Assembly (NCBI GenBank): GCA_973895155.1
Contig: OZ316891.1
Span: 32,127,208 to 32,191,207 of the forward strand
Direction of reading: 5' to 3'
DNA from: Marsupella aquatica
Lineage: Eukaryota; Plantae; Marchantiophyta
Length of the DNA stretch: 64,000 nucleotides
Part shown: positions 35,386-49,200 of the stretch, in pieces
Layout of the letters: every line of letters begins with the position of its first letter
Numbering within the stretch: position 1 is the stretch's first letter
Position numbers and translations under genes: made by a program
The notes under the pieces: model-generated
Database searches by the model: none
Seen by the model: only the letters and a program-made list of their open reading frames with translations
What the model was told of the DNA's origin: nothing

Positions 35386-38300
35386 ATGCCCGTCACTCGT
35401 TCTCAAGCAGCTTACTTGAGGAGATTGACCAGCGAACGAGAAGGTGCAACCACAACAAGCACCGATTCTTCGGGCTCGGAGGACTCGCAATCTCCCCGAC
35501 GAATGAACATACCACCGGGACCTTCGGGGTCCGGTTTGACCGGTCCTACTGCGGTTCCTGTGCCACCACCGCCACCACCGCCACCAATGGCAGCCGCCCC
35601 ACCGATGGCCCGCGCTGCCCAAGCTCCTCCACAAATATCGCAACGATCGCGGTTTCACTATCGACCTTTCAAAGGGCGTCATGGGGATGATCCGGATGAA
35701 TGGTTGGATGAGTTTGAAGCCACTGCTAAGGCTAACGGGGAAGACGCCATTAAGTTAACCGTCCTCCCCGGAGTGATGTGGGGAGAAGCTCGTCCATGGT
35801 ACAACTCGCTGCCACCTGGGACTACATGGGCACAATTCCAAGCTGCGTTGTTGCAAGAATTTTGTGCTATTGGATCCGAGCAGCGCTCTCTATTAAAGAT
35901 CGGCCAGCTTCGCATGGGAAAAAAGGAGTCCCTACGAAAGTTCATTCAAAAGTTTCAGAAACTCGCTGCCAAAATATGGCCCAGGCCTGGTGACGCACTC
36001 CAGCTTACATGGTTCCTCCATGGTTTGCCCACGAATATGCAATTCTGGGTGCGCCAGAATAATCCAATTTCAACGCAAGCAGCCATAGCGTGCGCCAAAA
36101 CCTACCGGGAGTCCACCTATAACTCCCGGCGAAGCCAGCGGGCACGCTGCAAGAAGGGCAAGTACGAGACCTTCAGTGATAGTGACTCCGAATCAGACGA
36201 CGAGAAGAAGAAGAAACGCAAGAAGAAGAAGAAACATCATTCGACCTCGTCCAGTTCGGAGACTGAATCTAGTTTGGATTCAACTTCGAACAGCGGGTCC
36301 TCCACCTCCAGCTCATCAGGAAGTGATTCGGAAAGTGAGAGCCGGAGCAAGAAGAAGAAAAGGCGGGTTAAGAAGGAGGGGAAAATCAAATCTCGTACTC
36401 GCAGAGCAATACCCGATCCAAAGGCTGCCGAAGCAGATAAGCTTAATGAAATCACGGATCGCCTCAAAGCACATCAGTACATCTCGCGGAAAAACCGGTG
36501 GAGAAGAAAAAACCATCTGAGATTCGAGCCCATGCGTGGTGTTCAAAGTGCTTCCAATCCGGGCATGTCGTGCAAGAATGCCCAAGATGGAAGAACCGAG
36601 TTCACCAGGTGGACTTAGATGATGTCGACAACCCGGGACCTGAAGCGGAGTCCACGGAGTATTTCTTTGAAGACCCTCCCGATTCGGTGTATCAGATTTC
36701 AACGGTGGGTCCGCGTACCCCTACCCAAACAATGGCCGAGGCTTCCAAGTTATCAATAACCCTAGCATTCCTCCTAAACCAGGGATTTGGCGATCCCCGG
36801 TTTGTTACAACTATGAGAAGCCAGGCCATTTTGCGAGGGAATGCACAGAACCAAGACGCCAGGGGGATGGCCGTGGCACGCCACTTTGTCAAGTCTGCAA
36901 AACGGAAGCTCATTCCACGACCAACTGTCCATTGGTCATGGCCGCTCGAACAAATGCAGCAAGACCAGCCCAGGGCGGACCGGCCACGAGTGATGCGGTC
37001 GTCCAAATGATTGCGGTGGAATGGCAGGATGACAATACCGAGTGGGTGAATCTGGTGGACGTGGCGGAACACCCTAATCCATCTGACGAGGCTGAGTGCT
37101 ATCGTGTGTCAACAAGAGCTGAACGGAAGGAAGAGAAGCAGGAGGAGAAACGCAGGAAAAAGCAAGATACTACTCCGGTGCAGCCAGCGATAGATATACC
37201 CCCGGAGAAGGACGATGACTACCGACGGGACGACCCGAAGCTATTTTTCCCCCGCATCGAAGAATTGGTAAAGAAACAGCTGGAGGCTTGCGAAGCTCGG
37301 GAATACCAGAAGGCAATCGATAAGGACATCAAAGCAGCCGAGACAGCCCGGCGACAGGAGCAAGAAAAGCAAGATAAGCAAGAGGAAGCCAAGCAGCAGC
37401 CGAAGGAAGAAAAGAAGGAGGACTATGATATTAAGGAGGACGTGAAGAGTTGCCTGGTTACAGCAACGGTAGGACAACTGCTGCAAAACAATCCACAGTA
37501 CAGACGGCAATTGAGGGAGTTGCTTACGGGTTGACGACGGAGACGACTACCCTGAGTTGGGACCGCGGATTGCAACATGATATGCGAGGACCTGGGAGCG
37601 CCGGACATCTCGATTGAAATTAATAATTGTACCATCAGGATGGTTCTCGTAGACGGAGGAGCGGGAGTCAACATCATGATGGAAGAGACGTCAGTCAAGT
37701 TAGGATACCTCACGTATCAACCCACAGCCCGAGCTATCAGATTAGCAAACGGGGCAAGGGTACTTCCATTGGGCACGCTTACACGGGTACTCACTCTGGT
37801 AGGAGGGGTGGAGTTCTATCTCAACTTCCTAGTCATGGGGCCGGTTCGGCCCTCCTCTTATCCGGTCCTCCTAGGCAGGCCGTGGCTGTACGGTGGCCGT
37901 GTGGTCACGGATTGGGGAAAGAAGGAGCTACGGTTTGGGACACCCACAGTACGGGTATCATGGGCAATGGACGATTATCAGGGCGAAACCCCACAGGGAC
38001 CCGAGGAATATGATTCGGAGACCTCGGAGGAAGAGGAACTCAACATGATTGAACTCATCTCATCCCTGTCCGAGGAAGATGTCTCCGGAATTGAGGCAAC
38101 CCGCGAAACACATCTCCTGAATTACCCGAAGGCTGCTATTGAGCCCACCCCAAGCACCTCTACTGCCCGGGATGAGGAAACGCAAAAACGACTCATCGAC
38201 ACGGAGGACCCGGCTCCAGCTAAGCAGGGAGCCGATGTTGCTTCTACCAGTGCAGAGCCTCATGACCACGAACCAGCCAAACAACCGGTCGGGGCTGAAA

Positions 38301-38672
38301 CCCCGAGACCAAGACATAAGAAACGAGTCTCCTGGGATCCGTCCATCCCGCAGTTGGAGGAAGTAACTCCAATCCCGAGACCAATCCCGGTTCCACCCAT
38401 GTATGGAGGAGTTTGGTTAGCTGAACTTGATGCGAGCTTGGACCCGAGCTTGCGGAACCAGGTTGAAGTCATCAGGAAGGAGCACTACCGGAAGTACACC
38501 ATTGGGATGGATAAATCGTTTAACCTGGGCCACGCTTTGATAGGGGAGGCGGAAAAATCTATCCAAGCTCTGCTCAAGGAATATGAAGATGTGTTTGCAT
38601 GGAGCCATCACAATTTAACAGGAGTCTCCCCCGAGTTAGGAGAACACACGATCGATTTGAATCTGGGGGCCC
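35386..38672 (+). pseudogene. gag-PR-RT (N-terminal part) of element D, degenerate
   Basis: DPDEWLDEFEATA matches B's gag; CSKCFQSGHVVQEC; VDGGAGVNI and LLGRPWL; DVFAWSH; several stops and frameshifts. Confidence 0.88.
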
Positions 38673-38944
38673 ATGTAGTACTAAACTTTAGGTCCAAGAC
38701 TGGAACAGTTTCTCTTCCGAAAACAACAACCAAAAAATATTCCTCAGGTCGGATTTTCCAGTCGTTATTTTGGCCAAAGCCATGAAATCCTGATCCAAAG
38801 ATAACAATGAGAATCTGAGGCTCGAGACGATCTAGAGGTAGAAGAAACTATGTTGAAATTTATTGAAAAAGACTTGAATACAAAAACTTGACCTCGAGGC
38901 TGGAGACAATCTTGAGCTAGAAGTGGATTTGAGTTCGAATATAC

Positions 38945-40416
38945 CTGGAACTTTTGATGATCCGTTAGTCTATTGGACCCAATCACGGGTCTCTTGGGAC
39001 GGCCACACTTGTCAAACTGTCGACGGGCATGGACCATAGTATCAAGAAAACAGGACTCATACTCCATCGTCTTGTTAACTGCATTTGCTCTTTGTGAGTG
39101 TTGAGCAAGTATTGTTCTTGGAGTTTTGTCCGAAAGAATTCGTGACTTTCCAAGCTGAAGACTCTTGGCGACCTCCTTCAACTTTGCATCGCTCTTAGAC
39201 CAACCAATGATCCAAACTGCTGCCTTGGCCGAGTGTTGTCCACTAATTGCAAGGAATTGCACCTTCTTATTCTTAACACCCCACTCAAACTCCTTTCGAT
39301 CCTCAGGAATATTATCATAATGGAGCAACTGCAAACTCTCTCTTGAATACAGAATTAAATCCGCCACAGCTGGTACCATTCCAGGGTTTCTAACCATGGA
39401 TTTTGCGATCTCCATGGCATGGTCCTTATTGAACATCCTATATACCAAAACTGCAGAAGGTGAATCTATACTAGTGATAGGAATGTCAAAAGTTTCATTC
39501 ATGCCAAATGTGTAATACTCCTCAATCTCCTTAAGAACTTCGGCTCCTTCTTTAACGCTCTTTTCACCCGGAGCATCTCCTGGAGTGCCATCATCATCGG
39601 TATGTGCAATACCACCCAAAGAAGATGCCGGAATGAGATCTACCTTTACAGGAGCAGACTTTTTCTTAGGCAAAGCCTTCTTCGAACCGCTTTTAGGTTT
39701 CTCAACCCTTTTCCTCTTTTGTGCCACCTTTACCTCCTTCTTGTCCGAGCCTGACATCTTATCACCTGCAGCTCCTGATTTCCCTTTACCTGTTTGTCTC
39801 CGATGAGACAACACCCACTTCTTGCACCCTTCCTCGTCAAATTCACCAGCTCCAAAAACAAAATTAGGGGAAATGGATTGAAACTCTCCCACCTTGGAAT
39901 CTGACATTATTCTCAAAACCTTCCAAGTGAAAGGAGTCTTGAATTCATTGTCATGATCAAAACCGTATTTCCGGCAATACAAGAATCCAAAAATTATATC
40001 TGCCCCAATCATTTTGGACTCTTCCAACAAATTACTGGCAGTAAATCCATCGGGGAAGAATCCCATTGGTATCACGCTCAGTTGTTCCCTAGCAGCACGT
40101 TCAATATTAAGATTGCACGAGTAGTTCTTGGAGTGAAGCCTAATGAGAGCCCATTTCCCAGTCTCATGGTTCTCCACCATCAAGACCATGTCCTTACCAT
40201 TACTTGTGACAATGGAAACAACAGGCCCAAGTAAGCTGCAAACTAGAGGTTCGGTAGATGGAGACCGCGTCTTCAAATAAATAATTGACCCCTCCATCTC
40301 CTCAATTTCAGCTAGCTCAATGGCCCAACAGAATCCTATATCAGTTTGTCTAGGGCACAAAACCTCAAGGGCATCTTCATCTTCAACAATCAAATTGGGC
40401 GATCCCAATTTTGCAC
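38945..40416 (-). CDS. Large internal exon of a transposon-associated gene with a ParB/Srx-like domain
   Basis: Open frame bounded by a TTTTTTGTAG acceptor (40417) and a CAG|GTATAT donor (38944); IPITSI..R.FN..HA.EIA.SM...FLAISGQHS..AA motif. Probable first exon at ~41807-41924. Confidence 0.6.
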
Positions 40417-43251
40417 CTACAAAAAATGAAAAATAGACCAATTGTCAGAATCACAGAAACGAGAAATCTCGTAAGAGGCTCGAGACGATCTCGAGCTTCC
40501 CTCACCCATTAACATAGTTGAACTCAAATAAGTACAAAACTGTTGTTTCATGGCCAAATGTATTTGGGGGGAGGAATTGATTCTAAAATATCATAAACCC
40601 AACTACCAATCACCTTTTTGAACCCCAATCATCAATGGAAACGAGTTGGAGGGTATTTTGCAATCTACAGATGGCAAGCATGGAATACAATGGAAGCTCG
40701 AGATGATCTCGCCCCTAAATTTGTGAACAATACTTTAGAAATAGAATACAGGAAGAGTCAATCATGGCTAAACAGTCAACGTTATCTAAATCTCTGCATT
40801 ATCATATTTCGTCATAGGAAAACATCGATTCTCAATTATGAGAATCTCCATTGAATACGAACATCATACTCAAAGGTTGACCAAGCTTACGTCTAACACC
40901 GGCTTCAAAAACTCTCTAACTCGGGATGATTTCCATGATCAGAACAAGTTGGAGAGTACAGAAGTTGTTGACAGAAGCAAGCTTGGTCGACTTTTGATAG
41001 GATGTTGGTTTTCGACAGACGTGGTCTTCCATACGCAAGAAATCTGACAAGGCAAAAAGTTTAGTACACTGTTGATGAATTGGATATTTTAATACTTGGG
41101 TCGAGATGATCTCAACCCAAGTCTCTAAAAGTTAGAATACAGAGACTCACAGTTGGCATTCGTTCACTGTTAACTAAATCTTTGCATTATCATGTTTCTT
41201 CACTGAAGACATTGATTCTCAAATATGATCGATTGAATACAAACAACATACTCAAAAGTTGTCCAATTTTACCTCTAGAAAAGGCTTCAAAAACTCTCTA
41301 ACTCGGGATGATTTCCATGATCAGAACAAGTTGGAGAGTACAAAAGTCATTTTCAGAAGCAAGCTTGGACAACTTTCGATATGATGTTGGTTTCCAAAGG
41401 ATATTGTTTTCCATCGGAAATAACAAAACATCCATCAAATACAAACAGCCTATTCAATAGGAATCTAAATCTGCCTTTTCCATAATCCCTTTTGGATATG
41501 CTGTTAGTATTTGACAGATACAGCATGACAAATACAACAATCTGATAGATTACATCAATATGAAAATGACAGAAACCTCTTAACTTTATGGATATTAGGC
41601 TCGAGATGATCTCGAGCCTAATCTCAGTTACAAACGATAAACTTGATCACTTCAAAGCCACCTCTTGAAGCAAAGTAATGTAGAAAATATCAATCGGCTC
41701 AAGATGATCTCGACCCTCAAGTGGATCAAAAACCAAGTATGATTTGAAGCTCGAGATGATCTCGAGCCAAACCTCCATCTAACAATGAGAAAAGATAATA
41801 TATTACGTTTGATAGTGCGATGGATGTTTTGCGATGAATCTAGAAGGGTCTGAAGCTCCATCGCTACAGTTGATGCGTCGTACTCGATAAAGTCGTCCTT
41901 GGAGAAATCTACAACGGTCGACATGGCTACTGTATACTGGATACTAGATTTGGGTGATATAAGAAAAATATTATCTCGAGGCTCACAGGAAAATCTCGAT
42001 CCAAACGGCTATAAAATATCTCGAGGCTCAAAGGGGATCTTGACCCTAAACAAGTCTCGAGGGAAAAATAATGATCTAGAGGCAAAAGCGACGAAATATC
42101 TAGAGGCAGTAAGCAAGAGGCAAGTGAGGCGTGGAGGGGAGGTAGACAGGGAGGCGAATGTGCAAATGAGGGTGGCGATGTTGCGAATGTGGACTATATG
42201 CCGCTCAGTCGGCCCTGAGTCAGGCTGGAGTGCCCGGCGACGGATGCCCGGCCACGTGCAGGATGCCACGCGCCCATGCATGGGAGTGAATCTTGAGTTG
42301 AGTCATGATGACGGTGCTGTCACACGTACCGTCATTATTGCGGTCCGTACTTCACCCTGCCGCTAGTTCATCCCTGCCATTGGTTTGACAGAGCCGTCTG
42401 GTCAGGCAGGATTTTAAATATTGCTTGTTTTTTCTCCCCATCGGGTCATTCTTCAGATATCGTTTCATTGCTCGCTTCCTTCTCCCCTCATTCTCTCTCT
42501 TATCCCTCTTCCTGCCCCTACCTCTCGCTCCCTGTTCTCTGGCTCTAGATTTGTTCTCAAATCCCTTTCTCTCTCAGTTGTTTATTTGGTTTTGGAGACA
42601 TTCTCATTTGAAGCCATGAAGTTGGTCTAAAATAACTGAACCCATACCTTTTAGAATACCAAACCATTTATGCTTAAAACATTGCCACTCAGAATCCATT
42701 TGTGAACCCTTTTTTTTTTTTTTGAAGCTATTTCTCATTTCTCATTAGTCTTCTGTAAGCCTACTTTATGTATTTCAACGTCAAACTTTTACCTCTAGAT
42801 CATCTAGAGCTCCTTATTTATTCCAACATATTTTTCAATTAGAGTGTCATTTGTGGCTCGAGATCGTCTTGAGCTTTAGGTATCTTCCTGGGAATTGTCT
42901 ATTTTTGTTTCTAGCTCCTTTATATCCACAAGTATTTAAGTATCTTTCCTTCTCTTGCATGAGTTCATGCTTCTCTGAGGAGTTATTATGAGCTGTTGTT
43001 TCTATGCACTTCATAGTTCTTCTTCTAGGGTGGATTATTGATCGTGGGAAGTATTGAATTCCCTCTTCATGTGGATTGTCTCGAGCTGAAGACTTTTGTT
43101 AATCTATATCTCGTGGTTTTTGTGGTCCATTCTTTACCTCGAGATTGTCTCGATCTAAAGACTTCTTAATCTGTTACTGCTAGTTCAGTTGGTTTGTTTT
43201 TGCTAGTCATCTCGAGGTACAACAGCTTCTTGTTTGGAACATCTTTTCCAA

Positions 43252-46200
43252 ATGGGGATATTCTTTCGAGGAGATGAGGTTTCCCTCTTACTTGACGGAG
43301 TTGAAGTTGCCTCTGGAACAGTCCTTAAGGTTGACCCCGGTGACTCGGTGCGTAACGTTGATTTGGGTATTAATTGTATAGGAGTTCTTATTGAGAGGTG
43401 CTATGATGGATCTCGAGAAATTCCATTCCCGTTGCCACCAATCAGGACACTTTTTGATGCTGTAGACTCCTGCATTATTTGGGATGCCTCTTTCGCATAT
43501 TTGAGGTCACAGTCAACTCCAACGATGACACAAGTGGATGCTACATGTTCTACAAATGATTCATTTCCCAATTGCTTACCTGACAAATCTGCGGTGGGAA
43601 GTTTGGGAGACTCAATTACGGATGGCGATGAAGTGGAGCTCTTGATTGGAAATCAGATTGTGTGTCAAGGATTTGTATTCAAGACAAATCCCGATGAGAC
43701 TTGTCACAATGAAAGACTTGGCCCTGATAGGATTAGTGTGAAGATATGTGAAGTTGTTCAAGGAATGGAGAGGTTACCCTTTCCGCACACTGGAGCCGTC
43801 ACCGTTCAGGAAAGATTGGACAGTTTTGTAATCTAGAATTTAAGGAATGTTCATCGGAGGAGTTCTTCACATGATTTACTAGATGAGCCGTCCGCACGGG
43901 ATGTTTTTGGAAATTATAATTTCAAAGATTATAGTTTGCGTTCGAACTGGATGGCGGAGGAAGTGGAATTGTATGTTGATGATAATCGGACCAAGGTCGG
44001 GCTTGGCATCATCACAGTTCCTTTCAAGTCCGGTGCCATTGATGATGAGGTTCTTGGGCCAGATCACATTGGGGTTGTTGTCACAGGCATGATTGACCCT
44101 CAATTTTTCCCGAATATCTCCCTCGGAGTGCCCGGTCTTGTTAGGTGGGCCATCCGTTCACTTGTGCTGATATCAAGGGGGATTTTTCTTCTGGATCTCA
44201 TTGGAGAGGTTTCTCCCAAGCCAATTATTGATGGTCGAGATCGTCTAGAGGTAGATATGAATGGTCACACTGAGTTTTCAAAACGGCCTTATAATTTTAT
44301 CAAGAGAACGAAGGGGAACCCTGATGAAAAAAGGAAGAAGCACCTGGAAATTCTGAAAATCACAGAAGAGGAAATTGATTCCATCCAAAGAGAAGGTTGT
44401 TGTAAGTTGAAGTGTTGCCTCAACATGCCGAGAGAAGACCTATAGGCGATAAGGAGGGAATACCATGGGATGTCAAGCGACAACAAAACCAGACACATTT
44501 TCACTCTTTTTGGTTGTAGGGAGAAGGAAGTGGAAGGATATTTTGTTGTAAGAGGTCGACTTGTATGCAAGGGTGCATTTATTAAAATGCATGGATTCAG
44601 CACTGCCAAGTATTATGATTACAAAAATCAATACAAAGCAGGTTGCAAGGTTGGATTCCATGGAAACAAGGGTTCACACAAGACACGGGGAAGCACCTTG
44701 CACGCTCGTGCTTTGTTGGAGTCCATTCTAACCCAAAACGGAGAACCCATGCCGCATCTACCCTATGGAGGGTCTCATGGTACTGACACGGTTGAGTATA
44801 GACTTCCATCTTGTTTCACGAAGAAAGAGATTTTTGAGGAGGTGTACTCCAAGATGGAATTAGATGGCTACGTGAAGGTGAGTGAAAACACTATGTATAA
44901 ACTCTGGAGTGAGTCCTTCGTGAATTTTGACTTTCACAAGGGTAGTGCATTTGCAAAGTGTACACTTTGCACTGAGTTCAAAGATCAGTTGATGCGTGAG
45001 AAGAGAAAGAAAGAGCGTTTAGAGATTGAGGAAAGAAGAGCTCGTCATCTTCATGAGCAAATGTCTAGGAGATATATATGTTTACTATGCTCACAGGGTT
45101 CTTGCGAAGAAGGATCCTGATAACTATCTTTGCATTATACATGACAAGATGGACCAAGCCAAGACATGGATCCCTAGGTTGGTCCCCACTCCTAAATCAT
45201 TGTCTGGCAGTGGTCAACCTCTCCCCATTGCGCTCACTGGGATGTTGACCCACGGAAGGGATCCCGGAGTGTATGCTCACTTCAGTTTCACTGAGCTTTG
45301 ACCGGGAGATGCGGACTTCACAATGACATCGTTGGCCAAGTGCCTTAGAGATCTGGAGGATTACAAGGGGGACAAATCTGGAGACCTCCTTGAAGGGTTA
45401 TATTGGGCTGCAATGAGGCCAAATTTTCAATCTCTTTTGGACTTTGAAGCATTTCTTGCAGGGTACTTAGAACCCAAAAAAGTCTCAATTGCTAGATTTC
45501 AAGGAGCTGAAGATGACCAAGATATTGGGTTATCAAATGTGGTGGATGGCGAGTTTGGTATTGATCCCAAGGCTGCTACCTCTTTCAAACCATTGCCAAG
45601 GCACCTGACCTTGCAAATGGATAATTCAAGGAAAGATAACAAAAACCAGTACGTGATGGCATTTTGCAGTGAGCTTGTTAGTAGAGGGGTCTTTGAAACA
45701 GTGCATATGTCATTTCTCATGGTTGGTCACACCCATGAGGATGTCGATGCATTGTTTTCAAAAGTATCCAACCAAGTGAAGTACAAGGAGGTTTCTACCC
45801 TCTTGGGGTTGATGGCTGAGGTTTGGGAGTGTGAAAGCATTCATCCTGTTCCACGGTTGATTCAAGAGGTTGCAGCTTACAAAGAGTTTTTGAAAACATT
45901 CAAGGTAAAAGACATAGAGGGTCACTCAAAACCAGTGGCATTTCTTTTCTCTATGAGAGATAATGTTCCAATATAAACAAGAAGCCTTAAAGGGTGAGTA
46001 ACAAGCCCAAACTCTAAGCACTCTCGTAAAAAAATTGCAGAAACAAAGAAAATGGCAAAAAAGTGGCCAAAAATACTACCTGTTTTTTGACAAAATTATA
46101 AAACAAACTGAAAGTATTAAAATGACACACTTTTTTCACCATCTCCTAATTACAAAATGATCTCAACTTACTTTTGATAAAATTACTACCTATAATTTTA

Positions 46201-49200
46201 CTATGCCATTTTAGCAATTTTTACCAAAACATGATTTGTATTTTTAACAAACAATCAAATTACCTCCATAATTCATTAGACTTGGGAAAAATTCAAATTC
46301 ATAAAATATGATCTCTTTTTGACTCTCCAACATGCGCCCCTTCACTCTTTGAGGAAGACTTTTCAATGGAAGATGATATCTCCACAAATTCACCACCTAC
46401 GCTTCCAGATGTACCCGTTTTGATCCAAATCAGATCACTCAATGGCTCCTCTTTTACTCTCAACCTGGCTCTCAACATGCCTGAGTTTGATTTGTTAGGC
46501 AACATCTGAATTTCACAAACATATTGACCCAACTGGGCTCCCCCAACCTCTTCTTGGGGACCTCTTCCAAATTCTTATTCTTCCCCTTCAAGTTAATTTC
46601 TTGATATTGATTGGCTTCCAATCTCAGCCAAATGATGCAAGTGTGCCCGGGTGACCTTCTTGTGATGATCCTTTCCTTGCCGGAATTATTTTCAGCTTCA
46701 GTAGGTCTTCTTGTGTCCCCGCTTGTGTCAGCGCTCTTACACCTTCCTGGAATTTGAGAGATGTTAGACGACCATATTCACTCTCTCCCCTTGGTGCTTG
46801 TTGCAACGCTTGACCTTTCCAAAATGCACAAAAATCTGGTTTTGAGACAGGACTTAGTGTTTTTAGAAACTTGTTACAATCGGTCTTCATGAATTCATGA
46901 GTCCGCTTTCTCAACTGTCCACTATCTTGAAGACCCTTGAGTCGGACACCCAAATTAACACTAGTCTCAACCACATGGGATAGAACTTAACGCCCGGGGA
47001 GGCTAGTGCTCTCAAATGAGTGAGGAGAACTTAATGTAGACAAAACACACAAAAGAGCAAAAACCCTTTAACTTGAAACAAATGAAATAACATGTTTTCA
47101 TGAATAGAGGACGCCTATTTGTACTTAATTGGTCCTTTCTCTAATTTAAATGAATAAGAAATGCTTAAATCATTTTTCAATAATTAAGCCAATCCTTTCA
47201 TGACATAGATGAACAAGTCAAGGAAAAAGTTGAAAAAATTATATTTCCAAAAGTTTTTTATGACACAACACTTTATTAATTCGTCTTCTTGGCTACTAGG
47301 TGGTATCTTAGTCCTTTGACTTTTTGGCTTGTTGGGCAACTTAGGGCTTCTTTGGGCCTTTTCCCTTCTCCATACCTCCCTTTACTAGATTGCTCAATAT
47401 TAATCTCACAATATTGTTTGGACTACGCAATCCAGTTTACTTGGAGAAATAAATCATTTCTAGGTTTGCATTCCCACTTTTCATGATGATAAACATTGGC
47501 ATTAAAAACCCATATGTTTTTGCCCACCAGTAAAAACCCATATGTTTTTGCCCACCAAGATACGTACTTCCATGACTCATGATTGGAGAGTTTGTCTTGT
47601 TGACCTACTGTTTCCATATGCTTTTTGGAATATTGGCATTTGGAGCACTTTTTGCTTTTATTTCACCATATTTTTTGCATTTCTTGAGATTGAGTGGTTT
47701 GTCTTTATCCCCTTTTCTTTCACTTTTGAAGTCTTTCTTTTGGCTATTCTGGAGATTCTCTCCCTAAGATACCTTATTCTCTTTCATGAATTCATGAAGG
47801 GGCTACCACCTGGGAAACTGAGAAACCAAAAGCTTCATGAATTCATGAAGCCCAAAACTGGTTGTGACAAAATACAAAGGGCAAAGACTGTGTTGCAAGC
47901 TCAATGACCTACAAAGGGCGAGGGTAGCCAATTGGCTATGGCAAAGGAGGCTGCGGCCTGGAGAGGGCTATTGGCCCTCACTTAAGCTCAAGTCGCATCA
48001 AGGTGCTGTCATCAGCTGCCGATTGAGGTCAGGCCTAATTTATGGTCTGGGAACGACTGCTAATCTCTGCTGTCTCCTTCAAAATCCTGAAGCTGAAATT
48101 TTGAATTCCTGGTTTGATGTTGATGCTTTGATTGCTGGATTTCACCTGAGTGTTGGACTTTGATTTCTCAGATTTGGTTATTGAATGAGCTTCTACTGTG
48201 ATTGACTGCTGCTTGAATTAGCTGTGGTAGACTCTGATTAAATGAGACAAATTCCAATTAGGGGAGATAGCCACAAAGGATCAGGGATAATTTGTGAAAA
48301 ATTGAGCTTCAGAGCTAGATCTCAATCGTGCAGACCTAAGGATTGAAGGGGGAGCGAGTGGAGGATGGGAGAGGGAGCAAGGGAGATTGGAATGGGATTG
48401 ATAAGGATTGGAAGGGGATTGGAAGGGGGCCATTTAGGGATTGGAGGAGGGTGGACAATCGACCGTCAGGGGAACGATCAACCATCAGAGGGGGATGGAG
48501 CACCGGAGGAGGGCAGTCGAGCATCAAGGGGATGATCAAACATTGGAGGGGGAGCGGTAAAAGATCGGGGGGGAGGGTTTAGGATTGGGGAAGGGTTTCA
48601 CTAATCAGGGACCGGGGGAGGGCCGATCGGGAATCAAGATTGATCCAGGGAGGATTAAGGGTTGACCAGGCCTGGTCTGGGTAAAAAATGAGTCCAAGGT
48701 GGGTGGATTGGGAGCAGAAGCAAAGAGAACTATCGAGCTTGGGGGAACTAACTGGAGGGAGCTAGGAGGATCAGGTAGCTTCTTTCAGGTGAGAACCCGG
48801 CTTCATGATTTCATGAAGCCAGGTGGCTGCCCAAATCAAACTCGATGTACATTTTGATATTGGTATGGATCAAGAGAGTGAGGAGGACGTGAAGCGCACC
48901 AGAGTAGAGGGTGCAACAGAAGATGTAACTATTGAGCTAGCTCGGATTGAAGCGAGGATCTTCTAGAAGTGGAGAGGAGGTTAGAGAAGCCTTAGATTAG
49001 TTGAGTTGCATTGTATTTAGAGATTTAGTGGACTTAGATACACACCTACAATGGATAGTGGCATTCTACTTAAGATTTTGAGTTTGCACAAACTCAGATC
49101 AAAGACCGTAAATTTTATGTTTGTAATTAAGTATGGATTTGTTGTTTTTGGTAATTGTGAAAATGACGTTGAAAATATCCCAAGATTTTCATTGAAAGAA

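Larger units (their letters stand above)
31261..38672 (+). mobile_element. Ty3/Gypsy element D (related to B), 3'-truncated
   Basis: Starts TGTGACG inside C's LTR; LTR ends near ...GTGACA 35261; PBS TGGCGCTAGATGGAGGG at 35275; gag, PR and start of RT; stops at EHTIDLNLGA. Confidence 0.88.

Noticed and set aside
38765-38944. C-terminal ~60 aa, and the first residues, of the 558-aa ORF
   Set aside because: They lie beyond canonical splice sites and contain the non-coding palindromes, so they are probably intronic.
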